Origin: Botryllus schlosseri
Taxonomy: Eukaryota
Direction of reading: 5' to 3'
NCBI GenBank assembly: GCA_051294905.1
Contig: CM119371.1
Coordinates: 34,784,001 to 34,848,000, forward strand
DNA length: 64,000 nucleotides
Each line of letters begins with the position of its first letter. Positions within the stretch are counted from its first letter, which is position 1. Shown one piece after another: positions 1 to 12,589 of this stretch. The position numbers were made by a program, and so were the translations under genes. Below the pieces are notes generated by a model, which did not search any database, was not told the DNA's origin, and was given only the letters and a program-made list of their open reading frames with translations.

Positions 1-3000
1 CGACCGGCCAGATAGTTCCATAGCCACAGAACGAGTGTCAGAAGAAACCGAATCGAGGTACATTCAATGGAGCCGATCTTGTTTTGCTATGACAATTACG
101 TAGTACAGTGGTTCTCGACCGGGGGTCCGTGGACCCCTGGGGGTCTGCGAAACTTCTAAATTTGCAAAATTAGTGATACCGAGGGCGATTTTTTGACCTA
201 TCAAAATTTTGTCAAAATTATAGCGTTAGGTCAAAATTTGTCAAAATTGTTTACAAAGTCCAAATTTTTTTGACGTCTGCATTTCGTTTGTATCTTAGAT
301 TTTGCACTGTCGGTGAACTTATCATGTAATATTTTACAGCTTTTAGCCTACTAGGTAGGGTTGCATCTAAAATTAAAATCAATTTAAAACTAACATGTTT
401 AAAACAAGACCCTAATTTCAAACGTTTTTTCATGGTTTTTTTGTTTTGTTTTTTAAAGCCATGACGTCACGAATAGTCGATCGTGACGTCATAGTGGATT
501 GACATTGACAATTGAAAATATAGGGTAAATATAGCCCTTTTGACGAAATATCTGTACTATAAATGTTGAACCGACTATTTTAAGGGTTCCAGCCATCCCA
601 TATCGATACACGTCGGCTATATCGGGTGGTAATTGTCCGTAGGCTCATACAACATGTTTTTGGAAATGATTTGCGCCATTAAGGCATAATTGTACAACTT
701 GGAAAAAATCAACTCTTTTTTAAAGAGCCTTTGTTTAAAACACTGTTTAAAACATGTTTGAAACAAAGTGTTTTAAAACACCGTTTGTTTTAAATGCAAC
801 CATAGTTATAGACCAACCGTTGGAGACGGTCTATTGTCTGCCCATTGTGAATAATTAACGGTGAAATGAAAAAAAATAGGTGTACATGGTGGTATCGTCA
901 ACTTATACCAAAATGTTGTAACTGAAACAAGACTGCTTGGTTCTTATATCAAGAAGCGCATGATGAAAAATTGTGATGTAGATTGTAGACAACATTGTCA
1001 TAATGAAGTAACATGGTGTGTCACCAGCAGTGTACGCACAACTTCATTGTTGTCAGTTAACAACTGCAGCTGTTGAACGTTTTTTCTCCATTCTTGGCAA
1101 GCTACTTAGTAAGGATAGACACTTTGTACCCGAGAATGTAGGAAAGTATCTTTAGTTGTACTACAACAAATTTTAATTATTTCTACAATAATACGTGATG
1201 TAACTACTGGAATCCTTCATAGGGCCAGATATAAATAAAATAATAGATTTTTTCGTGTAAAACTTTGTCAGTTTTTAAGTCTAAAATGTTTTTTCAGGTC
1301 AAACTACTTCGTAAGGACAGACAGTTCCAACCAGAAATGAAGATGTAAGAAGTACAATTTTAACATTATAGGAGAAAACACCCAATTTGCATACGTGAGG
1401 TCAAAATTTGGTCGAAATTTTGATTTTATAGGTCAAAATCTTCCGTTTTTAAGTTGAAAAAGATTCGCCCTACTGATAACAAATTTGTAACATTTTTAAA
1501 TCAAGGAAATCACGAAGCAGTTTCGCTTCAAAAGCGCTAATGTTTCAGTAAGCACATCGTCAGAGTGGCCATATGAGATGAAATATCCTACTGTGTAAAC
1601 TCATTTTAATAGCCAAATTGCCAATAGCCTACTGATACAAATGTATATTGCTGTTTAAAGACGTTTTGTTGAGGTTTGTTGAAAATAGTTTTTCTAGTCT
1701 GTCTCATGTGTGATATGCATAAACACTATTCAAGAATATCTTGAAGATGAGCTGCTATATGGAAATGCCTAGTCTGGACGTGATAACTTCATTGAAAAAT
1801 ACGTTTCTCTATTTCGGGGCCATATATGTTGCGATCGTGCTCAAAGGTGTCACCGGAAGCGTCAGCCGTTATAAATTACATTCGCCGCCACCTACCTTTG
1901 CGTGGAAATGGACTTCCGGCACTCGTTCATATCAAATGGAAAGCGTGAATTTTCAAGACACGATCACATATTTCAAGAGATAAGAAATCCAGCTGCATAA
2001 GTCACTTCGAAATAATAAAAGTCGACCCATATTTCTACATATAGTATATGATATCATTTTCAAGAACGGTCATTTTGTTGCTGTTTATCACTAGCTTTCA
2101 GTTGATATTTGCACAAGACAGATGACGGTTGCACGATAAGTGAGCAAAACTTAAACTAAAACTTGGAGGGGTCCACGGGGGTCCGTCACGGTCCCAATTG
2201 GGCCCGCAAAGACAAAAGGGTGGAGAACCGTTGTCTTAGTAGCTGGCTTGGACATGGAAAAAGTCAGCCACATGGCATTTAATTGGTTTCTTTTGTTATA
2301 GTGATGGTGTTGACTTGGAGATGATTTATTTTTCAGATTATTTCATAGCCGCCCTTAAAAAGGCTCACAGGCGAATCCCTGCTCAACAGGGTAATTACTA
2401 CAATTGCAGCTGATGGGAGAGTAAACCAAGTCGCGCTATACATAGGCCTATGAGGTAAAATCAGGAGGGCTAAAAACTAGCACGAGCACGACAGCTATTA
2501 GCCCGAACCCGTTGGGGACATTGGGGCACGACTCGAGTCCGAGAATTAGTATTCAAGACGTACGAATAAGGCATGTGATGAACCTGTCGAAATTAATGGA
2601 ACCTTATAATTAATTCAAATCCGACGTCTCCACCACACCGTTTAATGCTGGCGTTGTTTGAACCTTGAACAGGCGAATAAGTAGCCTACTAAGAAACTTT
2701 GGTGATTACTCATAATGTATAGGAATAGAGAATTAGCTCAACATGCACAATGGTTACTGGAGATTGAATATCTTTCTCTCTCACACTATACGACAATGAC
2801 AGTGGCGCGTACCACCCACTAAGGCAGTGGTTCTCAACCGGGGGTCCGTGAAGCATTTTCAGGGGGTCCGCGAAGCCACTAAATTTACAAAATAGTTGAT
2901 AATCTAATTTGTATGTTATTTAAATAGGAGAATCGCGAGGCAATTTCGCTTCATTACTAATAATACACCAGAGCTCAAACCGACAGAATGTCTCTCAGAT

Positions 3001-4066
3001 ATGAAATGTCCTACTGTGCAGACTCATTTTAATTGGTAAATTGCCAATAGTATGCTGATACCTATATTTTGTTGGGGATTGTGAAAAAAGAGTTTGATTA
3101 GTAACGTCAATTACGGTGACTGCGAAATGTTGGCAAAAATCCATTTTCTCCTGTGATATAGAATAGCCATTGTTCGATGATAACATCAAGATGAGCAGCG
3201 TGACACAAATGACCAGGCTTGACATTTTATGTCCATTAAAAATGGTTTGTCAATTTTGGTGCCATATTTGTTGCGATCATATACCCAAACGTGTCGTAGA
3301 ATGCGTTACCCGTTCAGTACTACATTCGCCACCACCAATCTCCGTGGGAATGGATTTTTGGCCGTCGTTCATATTAGTCGAAGGCGCGGATTCTCAAGAC
3401 ACGACAACGTATTTCAGAAAATTGTGTTGCAAAATTATCTTTGAAATAATAAAAGTCAACCCAATTTCCACATAAATAGCATGTTTTTTTCAAGAAAAGT
3501 CATTTTGTTGCTGTTTATCACTAGCCTACAGATATTATTTGTACATGACAGATGACGATTGCACGATAATTGAGCTAAATTTGAATTAAAACTTCGGGGG
3601 GTCCGCAGTGGTCCGTGACGGTCCAAAGGGGTCCGCGGGGACAAAAAGGTTGAGAACCACTGCACTAAGGGATTTGTGAGCCACGACATTTCATTCGATA
3701 AAATCCATGGATTTTGCTATCTTACAAGCATTAGGACTTGAAGCAGAATTGAACTGTACATACAAAAACGGTCAATCTATATGTCGACACCAATATTAAA
3801 TAACCAAAAGCGCTCGTTCACACAGTCCCATTTCCCCAATACATTAATGCTCTCGACTGAGATTGAAGACATGATGAAATGAGATAATTGCTATTTCAAA
3901 CTGACTTTCTCTATATTGTCGAACAAACGATAACGAAATGTTTTTCTTATGTTTCAGCTATCACCATTTAGTAGTACGCAAACAACCAGGATGGGCCGAT
4001 TTGGGGAGGAAACGAAAAGCAATATCTGATAACAGCGACAATGAAAATACTCTGCTACACGGTTGA
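1..4066 (+). CDS. Possible 3' exons of an unidentified gene entering from the left (candidate exons <1-57, 2337-2390, 3958-4066)
   Basis: Open frame DRPDSSIATERVSEETES ends at AG|GTAC (57/58). Acceptors ttttcag at 2336 and gtttcag at 3957, donor G|GTAATT at 2390. Joining 57 to 3958 is phase-compatible and gives SYHHLVVRKQPGWADLGRKRKAISDNSDNENTLLHG*. No recognisable domain. Confidence 0.3.
181..1472. mobile_element. hAT-type non-autonomous element (TAGGGCGA TIR) nested in family A
   Basis: Ends gagggcgatt / attcgcccta; flanks gtgatacc/ctgataac. The other family A copies have a single ttgataa-like site here, which defines the empty site. Confidence 0.8.
356..804. mobile_element. MITE (TAGGGTTGCA TIR) nested inside the 181-1472 element
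   Basis: Inverted ends tagggttgcatctaaaa / ttttaaatgcaaccata and repeated tttaaaaca subterminal motifs; TSD not clear. Confidence 0.65.
2825..3662 (+). mobile_element. hAT-type MITE, family A, intact
   Basis: TIR cagtggttctcaacc / ggttgagaaccactg with perfect 8-bp TSD cactaagg. Confidence 0.95.
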
Positions 4067-4850
4067 TCATCACTGCAAAATCATGAGCGTGTAGTGAACT
4101 TTGATTAACTGATAATTTAAATTTACAGCAATCTTTTCAATCTATATGTAGTTATAGTCCTCACAATCAATAATGTGAGCTTATGACATCTCGCTGACAT
4201 ATCGATTAGTTTGGAAAGGATTTCTCAGAAAACGTTGATGTAGAGATATAAACCATTTTATCTGCTGGCTAACGAATTGCTGGAGAGTTCTACAGGCTAC
4301 CGCCATAACTGCCCGATAAAGAAATTGCGAAAAATAAAACGGAATGCCTACTTTTCAAGAAAGATACGCGCATAATATGTAACGGTGCAGAACTTAATAA
4401 TGCGTGAGGAAAAATATTTGTGTACAACAAAAATAGTAAAATGTGTTATACGCAATTTTTTGTCAGTCCAACCCTGCAGGTGTTGGCATTATAATTAGTG
4501 CAAGGTGCTTTCATATATCAGCGACTGCTTCCTGAAGAATGGAGTTCACGGCTGCGCACGTCCAAGTCTAAAGCAATATACAACAAGGATTTGTAAAATA
4601 TGTTGACAAAATATAAAGGAATGGTACTTATATTGGTTTAATAGTTTCCAGCCATCACTGTATTTACAAATTTACTCAATTAAGTTTCAATTTATTGCTA
4701 ACAATTTCATCAACTCAATGCACCACAAGACTGCGATACAATGAAAGATAGGAAGGTGTCGAACCGACTTGGAGTAGTGTTCGAAATTAGACACCCACCT
4801 CTCATTACCTCTGCGTGATGCACTGTCCGTCTTAAGACACCATTGTAGAT

Positions 4851-5230
4851 GTGAATGGGATCAGATATACCAAAGCACTGAGACCGGAAGAGCGTAAGAA
4901 TCTGCGACCATCAATTACCGACGATATAGCTCAAATTGGAACACGGCGAAGACACGTAATTCTACTGAGATTAAGAAGCGGCCATTGCAGACTGAATCAA
5001 CATCTGCATAAGATCCCTTGTTCTGAGACTCCACTATGTCAGCAATGCAATGCAGAAGAATCTGTAGAGCACTTTTTGTTACATTGTGTGAGATATCAAC
5101 ATCAAAGGAGACAACTACATCATGCTGCGTGAGTGAGCCGAATAAATTGGGAGTTGAAAGACGTTTTAACAGATCCAACGATATTGGATAATGTTGTACA
5201 GTTCGTGATATCTTCGGGACGACTTATATG
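4851..5230 (+). mobile_element. 3' fragment of a non-LTR retrotransposon ORF2 (I-group/Nimb-like, C-terminal CCHC region)
   Basis: Peptide LRLRSGHCRLNQHLHKI-x6-LCQQCNAEESVEHFLLHC is the typical C-terminal zinc-knuckle region of I-group LINE ORF2; 5'-truncated. Confidence 0.85.
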
Positions 5231-5299
5231 GTATAGATAATACATGTTGTATACTCATTATTTGTATAACCAAATGTCGTGTGTGTATAGCTCCATATA

Positions 5300-6080
5300 C
5301 AGAGGTGGTCAGTAACGAAGTACTTCTACTTTTTCGAAGTACTCAAGTAGTTTTCCTCTACTTCTAGTACTTACTCAAGTAGATTTGATTTTCGCTACTT
5401 CTACTTCTACTTCGTAGTATATTGTGATCTACTTACTTACTTTGCGCTATTTTTAGTTTGTCAAGTAGAAGTAGCTTAATCCTCCAATAAGAAATATAGC
5501 CCGGCGTATTACGGCGCTGTTTTCACGAAGTACCAACATTTAATTTTCATAAAAGTCAAGTAAAGCCCAGAACTTTTGTTGCGCTTCACGCACAGTAGTT
5601 TTCACGGAAGTATCGGTGAATATAAATTCAAATATTTCATCACGGTAAATATGACCCACCATAACGCTTGAAACTACCGTTTCGCAATCTAGCAATTGCC
5701 TATCACATCATGATCTAGCAGCCAATGACGTGTCCTAATCTGAAAAGTGAACTCCGGCTTTTTTGAATGTTGCATCTGTTTTAGCAGACCACCTTTCTGG
5801 AAAAACGACGTGAAATGTATTGTCCGCTTTTATGTATTTCTCTTTCAATTCTGAGTATCATACTTTGATTTTTAATTAATTTCAGTTCTTTTGTCTGCAT
5901 GCAGAATATACATGTTGAAGTAAAAAGGCAAGTTTAGTGAGTAATGCCTCTATTTTCCGAAAATAAAGCTTCACTATAAACAATTTTACGATCCACGATA
6001 TTTTTATTAATGTAAACTAATTGCGCAAAGTGTTAAAACCGTATCCAATACAACTTCTCCGTATTGCTCTTCGCCTAAAC
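5300..6080 (+). mobile_element. hAT-type element, family B (CAGAGGTGGTCAGTAACG end, CTACTT repeats), left part
   Basis: Same terminus as the short copy at 25578; about 780 bp similar to the reverse complement of 12953-13807; cut off by a caggggcgggcaac element at 6081. Confidence 0.8.
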
Positions 6081-6509
6081 CAGGGGCGGGCAACTTCTTC
6101 AAGTCGGCGGGCCGGATATAGGAAAATTAAGTACTTGGCGGGCCGGATTGCTGAATCGATACATTATTCGCCCATTTATCCACGTATACAAGGAATAAAT
6201 CGTATTTAACGAATGTATCTTAACGACAGCAATGCAACTTCAAAGCCATTTCTCGCCAATAATGACGAAGACAATGTGGATTTGAGAACATCACTGTCAT
6301 ACAGCAGGGGTGGCCAATCTTTTTGCCAGTCACGGCCGCACAAAACCTGTGCCGTGATAAGCGCCACTATCACGATTTTTACTTATAATAATGATAATAG
6401 ACACCCACCTGGCCTAGGCGATGTAAAAAAGGAAGCATGCACACAGAATGAAAAGTAAAAGAATTTAATATAAAAGAACAGGTGACAAAAAGGTGGAGTG
6501 TGTCGGAAG

Positions 6510-7014
6510 CAGTGATGAGCGGATAGTGCTTTTCGAGACTCCGAATCCCTCCGACAACTTAAGTGTCTGAGGAAAACTCCCTCCGACTCCGAAGAGCTCA
6601 ATCCCAGACTCCAAGATACTCCGATGAATCTCGTCAAGTATCCGAAACAGTGGCAAGCATGGTACATGGTACACATGGTACAACATTGTACATGTGATAA
6701 TATGGTTGGCCTCATAGTATTAGTCCCCAATTGCAGTGCAGATGACTGATTTTCATTTACTTAGAAGTCATTTTTGCATGTTACCCGCATATTAAAACTT
6801 TACAAGGTGTCAACTGTCTGTGTTTTGGCTTGTAATCATAATCAATAGTGTATTCTGGTCAGAGCTATCCGAAGATATCGGAGAAAAAAGTTACAATACT
6901 CCGAAATTCTCCGAAAAAATATTTGTAGTAAACTCCGACTCCGCTCCGTCTGTCACAAAATCGGCAAAACTCCGCTCCGAATCCACTCCGACTCCGCTCC
7001 GATGCTCATCACTG
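6510..7014. mobile_element. hAT-type MITE (CAGTGATGAGC TIR, CTCCG repeats)
   Basis: TIR cagtgatgagc / gctcatcactg with perfect 8-bp TSD gtcggaag. The host repeat is uninterrupted at 49852-49990. Confidence 0.92.
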
Positions 7015-8287
7015 GTCGGAAGGCGAAATCGATATGGCAGGTCGAGGTCCGGTAAACTATAGAGGGCTAACTAGTATTGATTCGTCTCGACTCGTCAATG
7101 CTTGCGTCTCATTCTCGTGCAGCGTATCGTCTTTGCAATATTTATGATGCGCAAAATGAGACTTCCCACAGTGATGCCACTGCGTAGCAGTAGCATACAA
7201 CCAGTTTCGTTCTGAGACAGTACTGATACAGATATTTTAGAACGCGCCACCGTTGGATAACTGTATAATGTCAGTTTGTTGTGTGATCAAAGCAACGCCT
7301 AAATAAATGATCAAATATATGGCTTTATTAAGTATTACTGCGACAGACTGTGTTCAGATTGTTATCCTATCAAGGCATATTATGCGACAGGCGCTAAATA
7401 CAGCCTGCATGTTGCCACAAGTATCCCGACAGCGCCACTTCTGACAAGTCACATTGCGCAGTGCAGTCGTGGAATCAAAAGCGGCATTGCACGAAAGAAT
7501 ATGACGTCATCATGAGAAACGTACTATTTATTCGTCGGTGTCTGCGCTACGTCAAATACGCGTCGAACCCGATTTCCTGTTCGCCCTTGGGCGTTACAGA
7601 AATGGGTTGATGTTTCAGCTGATCTAGTCGAAGATTTAAGTCTACTCTCAGCAGTAAGAAACAATTGTTATCCTCACGGATTGGTGACTGCGAGCCAGCG
7701 AACGACTCAGAAGGAGGATTTAATTTTGACTCAATCGAAATACGCTATACGAAGAAACCTAGTCAGAAATGCTAGACGAAACACAACCATAGCATACAGT
7801 CAGTAATGCCAGTGAGAATGGCCCATTCGAGTATATAATTATGCTATTTCAGGTGCTTTTTAACTATAGGCTTAAAACTATAATTACTACGGCTGTGAAA
7901 GGGCTAGACCACAAAGACTTGCGCCCTAACATGATCGCAAAGATTACGTCAAGCTTAGCTAATCGTACGCAAGGTTATGCTACTATAGGGTTTTATAACG
8001 TACATTGTATAATGTACCTGTACAGTGTACACTGGTACAGTACAGGTTCGCGTTTCCGGAACTGCCGGGTTGTATGTTTTTCGGATTTTCAATAGAAAAA
8101 CGACTGACATGCTGGTTAGCGAGCTACTCTCTCCTGTGTCTGTGCTGAAGCGTTAGGGGTTTTGAGGTCAAGATCATGCCACGACAGTAATTTGAGACTT
8201 GACTATTAGATATCAGTGATCAGTCAGTGATCGGTACTCTTTTCGGCAAAAACACGCGAACAAGTTTAGTGCGTTGCTGCTGTATAG

Positions 8288-8908
8288 TAGGGCTGTTCAA
8301 AAATAACTTTTTTTTCCCGATTCCAGCCGGTCACCTCTTAAATCGTCAGGTTGCAGTAGAAAACCTTGCTCACCAAATTTCACTCGATTCCAACCAGTAA
8401 AGGCCTCCGCAGATCCAATTAAAGTTTTTAATTTAATATGAAAAATTAAAAAAAAAAAAAAATTTCCAAATTTTTCTGCCAACCCCATGAAATTGTTGAG
8501 CTGTCTTCAAAGACGTTGCAAAACAAATTTGAGTCAATTCCGACCAGTAGAAGCGGAGTTATGTGAGTTTTTCGATGATATTTCTCGGATTATCCTTGAT
8601 TGGTGGATAATCCGCGATTTATCAACGAAAAACTCACATAACTCCGCTTCTACTGGTCGGAATTGACTCAAATTTGTTTAGCAACGTCTTTGAAGACAGC
8701 TCAACAATTTCGTGGGGTTGGCAAAAAAATTTGGAAATTTTTTTTTTTAATTTTCCATAATAAATTAAAATTTTTAATTGGATCTGCGGAGGCCTTTACT
8801 GGTTGGAATCGAGTGAAATTTGGTGAGCAAGGTTTTCTACTGCAACCTGACGATTTAAGAGGTGACCGGCTTGAATCGGGAAAAAAAAGTTATTTTTGAA
8901 CAGCCCTA
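8288..8908. mobile_element. Near-perfect palindromic (foldback) MITE, about 620 bp
   Basis: tagggctgttcaaaaataac ... gttatttttgaacagcccta; the arms pair inward to a 9-nt loop at 8596-8604; possible 5-bp TSD tatag/catag. Confidence 0.93.
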
Positions 8909-9600
8909 CATAGTCGCATTGCTCCATATAACGCTGACAATACTGACATTGAGGTACATAATTCGTCTAGTGCGCGGCACACGGCCATTTCCTTGTTGTA
9001 TGGATAGCTTTAGTTTGCAGCGGTATTGAGAAGCCGGTGTATTAGGTTGAAAGTTTACAGTTATTATGTGATTCGACTGTGCATGTTAAATGTGAGCGTG
9101 TTCCCGGGAAGCGGCGTAAAGATTGCCGCGTGAAACAGATATATATTTCACATATTCTTCGTGGTATCAAAGTATTCCATGACGATGCTAGTAACATTCG
9201 CAGATATTCACAGTAATTTTGAGGCTCGATTTCGAATGCTAGATGCGTAAGCTGACACCAGCGTAGCGATAGCGATAATGCAGCGCTGCGATGTGGGCGA
9301 TACTATTTTACATTGCGGAAGCCTTTAAACCTCGATTGGTGTAATCACAGCATGCGAAACAAGTATTACAAAGCTACACACGTCAGTGGAAATAGAATTT
9401 CTGTGAAGCCATGAACAACTCACAGGATTGTTACAAAGTGATATGAAATAGGTGTGCCGAAATGAATTCCCAGTAATCCATGCAATGTAAAACTGGGATT
9501 CGATTCTTTGTGGTCGCATAGACGCAATGTATGTGAACTTTCCATATCATTCGTACCGATGTGATGTCAGGATGACTCTCGAGCAATGTTCCCTCTAAGC

Positions 9601-10302
9601 CAGGGGTCACCAACACGCGGGCCGCAAGGTCATATTTTGCGGCCCGCGACTTGATTTGAGATTTCGGAAGAAAGCTAAGAAAACATTTTGAAATGCTGAA
9701 AATAACGTGCAAAAACCGAAAAGATTTTCGCGCTAGGCGCGATTCACCTCTCATTCATAGTTATTGCTCTGTGTAATAGTCCGGAATTCATATTATAGAA
9801 TTCTCCCATCAACATTCATAACCTTCCATGCCATCAAACTATCCGTTGGGATTGCCAGCTTTTTGGGTGCATTTTGTGATATGACGATAAGTGGGAGGCC
9901 CGAAATTTTTAGTATCAGGGGGCATATTTAAAAAGGTTTGAGAACCACAGGCTTAGGGTTTCCAGACAAGATCAAGCTTTACGCGGAGATGGTCTTTCAA
10001 CCATAGTAACGTATCTCGCTAGCCCCCAAAAGCGTTTCCAGGTATCGTGCACAGTTCAGAGTTCAAAATATATTGAAATTGACGACAATGATCTTTTGTT
10101 GTATTTTTATTCCTTTAATAAAATATTACTTCTTTTGTGGTCACTATGCCTATCGCCTATGTTAGGTAGCATAGCGTTGTACTGACGTAGAGTTTTAAAA
10201 CGTGGTTGCCTGTACTATATATCGATAATGAATGCATGCGGCCCGCGGCCGCTACGAATTTTGAAAAGTGGCCCGCGACCCCTTTTGAGTTGGCGACCCC
10301 TG
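9601..10302. mobile_element. hAT (Charlie/Buster-like) MITE inserted in the end of another MITE
   Basis: TIR caggggtcaccaac / gttggcgacccctg, perfect TSD ctctaagc. It interrupts a caatgttccctctaagc terminus starting at 9584. Confidence 0.92.
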
Positions 10303-10814
10303 CTCTAAGCCGACTCAGCCTATAGACGCACAGAAAATCTGAGCCGCGCACAAACAAAAATCCACCCGTGGTTCATAAAAAAATTATCACTATGTCTTTC
10401 ACAGAAAGCACTATTTCTCAACTGACCACACTGACGATCATTTTAGATGTACAAATGTACATCACTAATTTGTAAGCATTAATTCGTAATCAGCTCAAGC
10501 GACGCCATCTCGGTAGAAACGTCGATTTCAACCCGAGTGTTCTGAAAAAGACTCCTCTCTCCATAAGCGTCGCATTCCCGTGTTCGAAATAAGTCGCGAG
10601 GAATCTTCATGTTGGTCTTTTTAATTGGAGTTGGAAATTTAACAGTATGTTAAAGTGTATGCCTGAGAATCGCAATTCGTTGCTGCGCATAATATTTGCT
10701 CAACGGGACTTTGCAAACGTTGATCGTGAAATGCTGCGAATGTGCAGTGTGTAGTGTATGGCGTTGAATTACATCAGTTTCTCTGCAGCAAAATTGTGTT
10801 CGATTCGTTTAAAC

Positions 10815-11738
10815 CAGTGGTTCTTAACATTTTTTTCTGCAGCACCCCCTTTAGAAACTTGCCGGGGTCTGGCGGCCCCCATATTTTAGGGATGGAAGTA
10901 AAAACAAGGGGTTTTAGAGTCCGAAGTCCGGTCGGTCTTTACGAGCTGTCACTATAGGAAATAGCTACAATCGCGCCTAAGGACCAATCGACTAATTACC
11001 GCTATGATAATTGTATGTGCTATATCTGTGATTAAATCAAGGTTGTCATGACAACCTTCGGGTACGGGCTCATACCAGCTGGTCAATTAACTTCAACATT
11101 ATCTTATTCGAAACAAAGCAATCCATATTATAGAACATTAATGTAAGGTTGCAGGTCACAACACTAAACAGTATCATCCTTTATGATACGATGAAGGAAT
11201 ATTCTGAAGATTTAATTTTGTAGCTCACAAAAACAACTACATTTTAGTTGATCATTTTAACCCAAAAGCTTCAAAGCATCTTCAATGTACAAAGGGCTCT
11301 CACTTTCGCTCTTAAAAGTGGTGCAGTGCCTTTTTATTCGACTTCGACACACTGTTCGCTGCGGGATAAAATAGGCTGCCTAGTTCGAAACATTTTGTGG
11401 AAAATAACCCGAGGTAGTGTGATGGTAGTATTCTAACGGGGAATTGGCGATCTGAAAGCACAAGCAAATCACTTTAAATGAAGTATAATAAACCACCGTA
11501 TACATGGAAACATGTAGCAAACATGGCCTGCATATATTTCGCTCGTAGAGTGACGAAAAATTTCAAGATTTGGCAGTTTTTTCGGATGTATTGTTCATTT
11601 GCAATGAAAACTTAGGATATATAGGACTGTTGTTGTGCTGTGTCCCTACAGCTCCCTCTACTGCGACGCCATTTTTCTTCATCGCCCCCCCCCATTTCAC
11701 TCCCTGGGGTGCACTGACGTCAAGGCTAAGAAACAGTG
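10815..11738 (+). mobile_element. hAT-type MITE, family C (CAGTGGTTCTTAAC TIR), degraded
   Basis: Ends cagtggttcttaac / gctaagaaacagtg, TSD gtttaaac/gttgagac; internal blocks shared with 25117-27406. Confidence 0.8.
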
Positions 11739-12589
11739 GTTGAGACGGAAATCTCCGACATTTCTATTAACTTGATCGCCGCTGTACAGACTGGTAACAT
11801 ATGCAGTATGCACTAATATGAATTTTACATAATAGCGCATTTTCTATCGATGTTCATAAGTAACCAAATTTGAACATTTTTTCACCAAACATCATCAATT
11901 TGCATATTTATTATTCAAAAATACAGCGTAAAAGGAGAGGTGAGGCACAGGTGAGGCTCGGGCGGGTCGTGCCTCGCCTCACCTGCGACAATGCAATTCA
12001 TCATAAATAGCACGGAATTCATAATAACTGGTATCAATCAAATGCTATCGTCACACTTATTCCGAAAATCCAAATATTAACAGTGTTAGAGCACCAGAAT
12101 CCCCCAAAAATCGCCAAGGAATGGAACATTCGGCTTTAGTACAGACAATGATATCGCAGAGAAACAACAGTCAGGTGAGGCACAAACGAATCTGCCTCAT
12201 GCACTGTTCGCTAACAATTGGACAATTGCAGCCCAGTGAAACGCGCTATCGATTTCGGAATCCTACAGTCTTGTAGGAATTATATAGTAACGAGGGCCAA
12301 TACCTAATGCGGAGCAAATATACATTCGCTTACTTATGTAGCTGTTATGTATTTCCATCCATAGCCACGTTAAATTGCGGTATGTGATATCTACTTGCAT
12401 AGGCTGCAGTGTCGTTGTTTGTGGCTTCTATGTTGAACTCGACTGCAATACCAATAACTCTTCATTATGTTATAGTTATACTTACACAGCCTGCGTTGTC
12501 GTTGTGGTTCCACTGCTAGTGTTTTTACACTAGATCTATTATTTTGACTTGACCTAGTGTCCTAGTGTATTTTCTTTCGAAATTGGGCA

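Larger units (their letters stand above)
106..2233 (+). mobile_element. hAT-type MITE, family A (CAGTGGTTCTC TIR), carrying nested insertions
   Basis: TIRs cagtggttctc / gagaaccgttg; degenerate 8-bp TSD acgtagta/tcttagta; internal sequence matches the uninterrupted copy at 2825-3662. Confidence 0.85.

Noticed and set aside
7500..7810. Open stretch containing FPVRPWALQKW, faintly THAP-like
   Set aside because: No proper Cys/His pattern, start codon or splice support.
8297..8899. Two ORFs with nearly the same peptide on opposite strands
   Set aside because: A by-product of the palindromic MITE.
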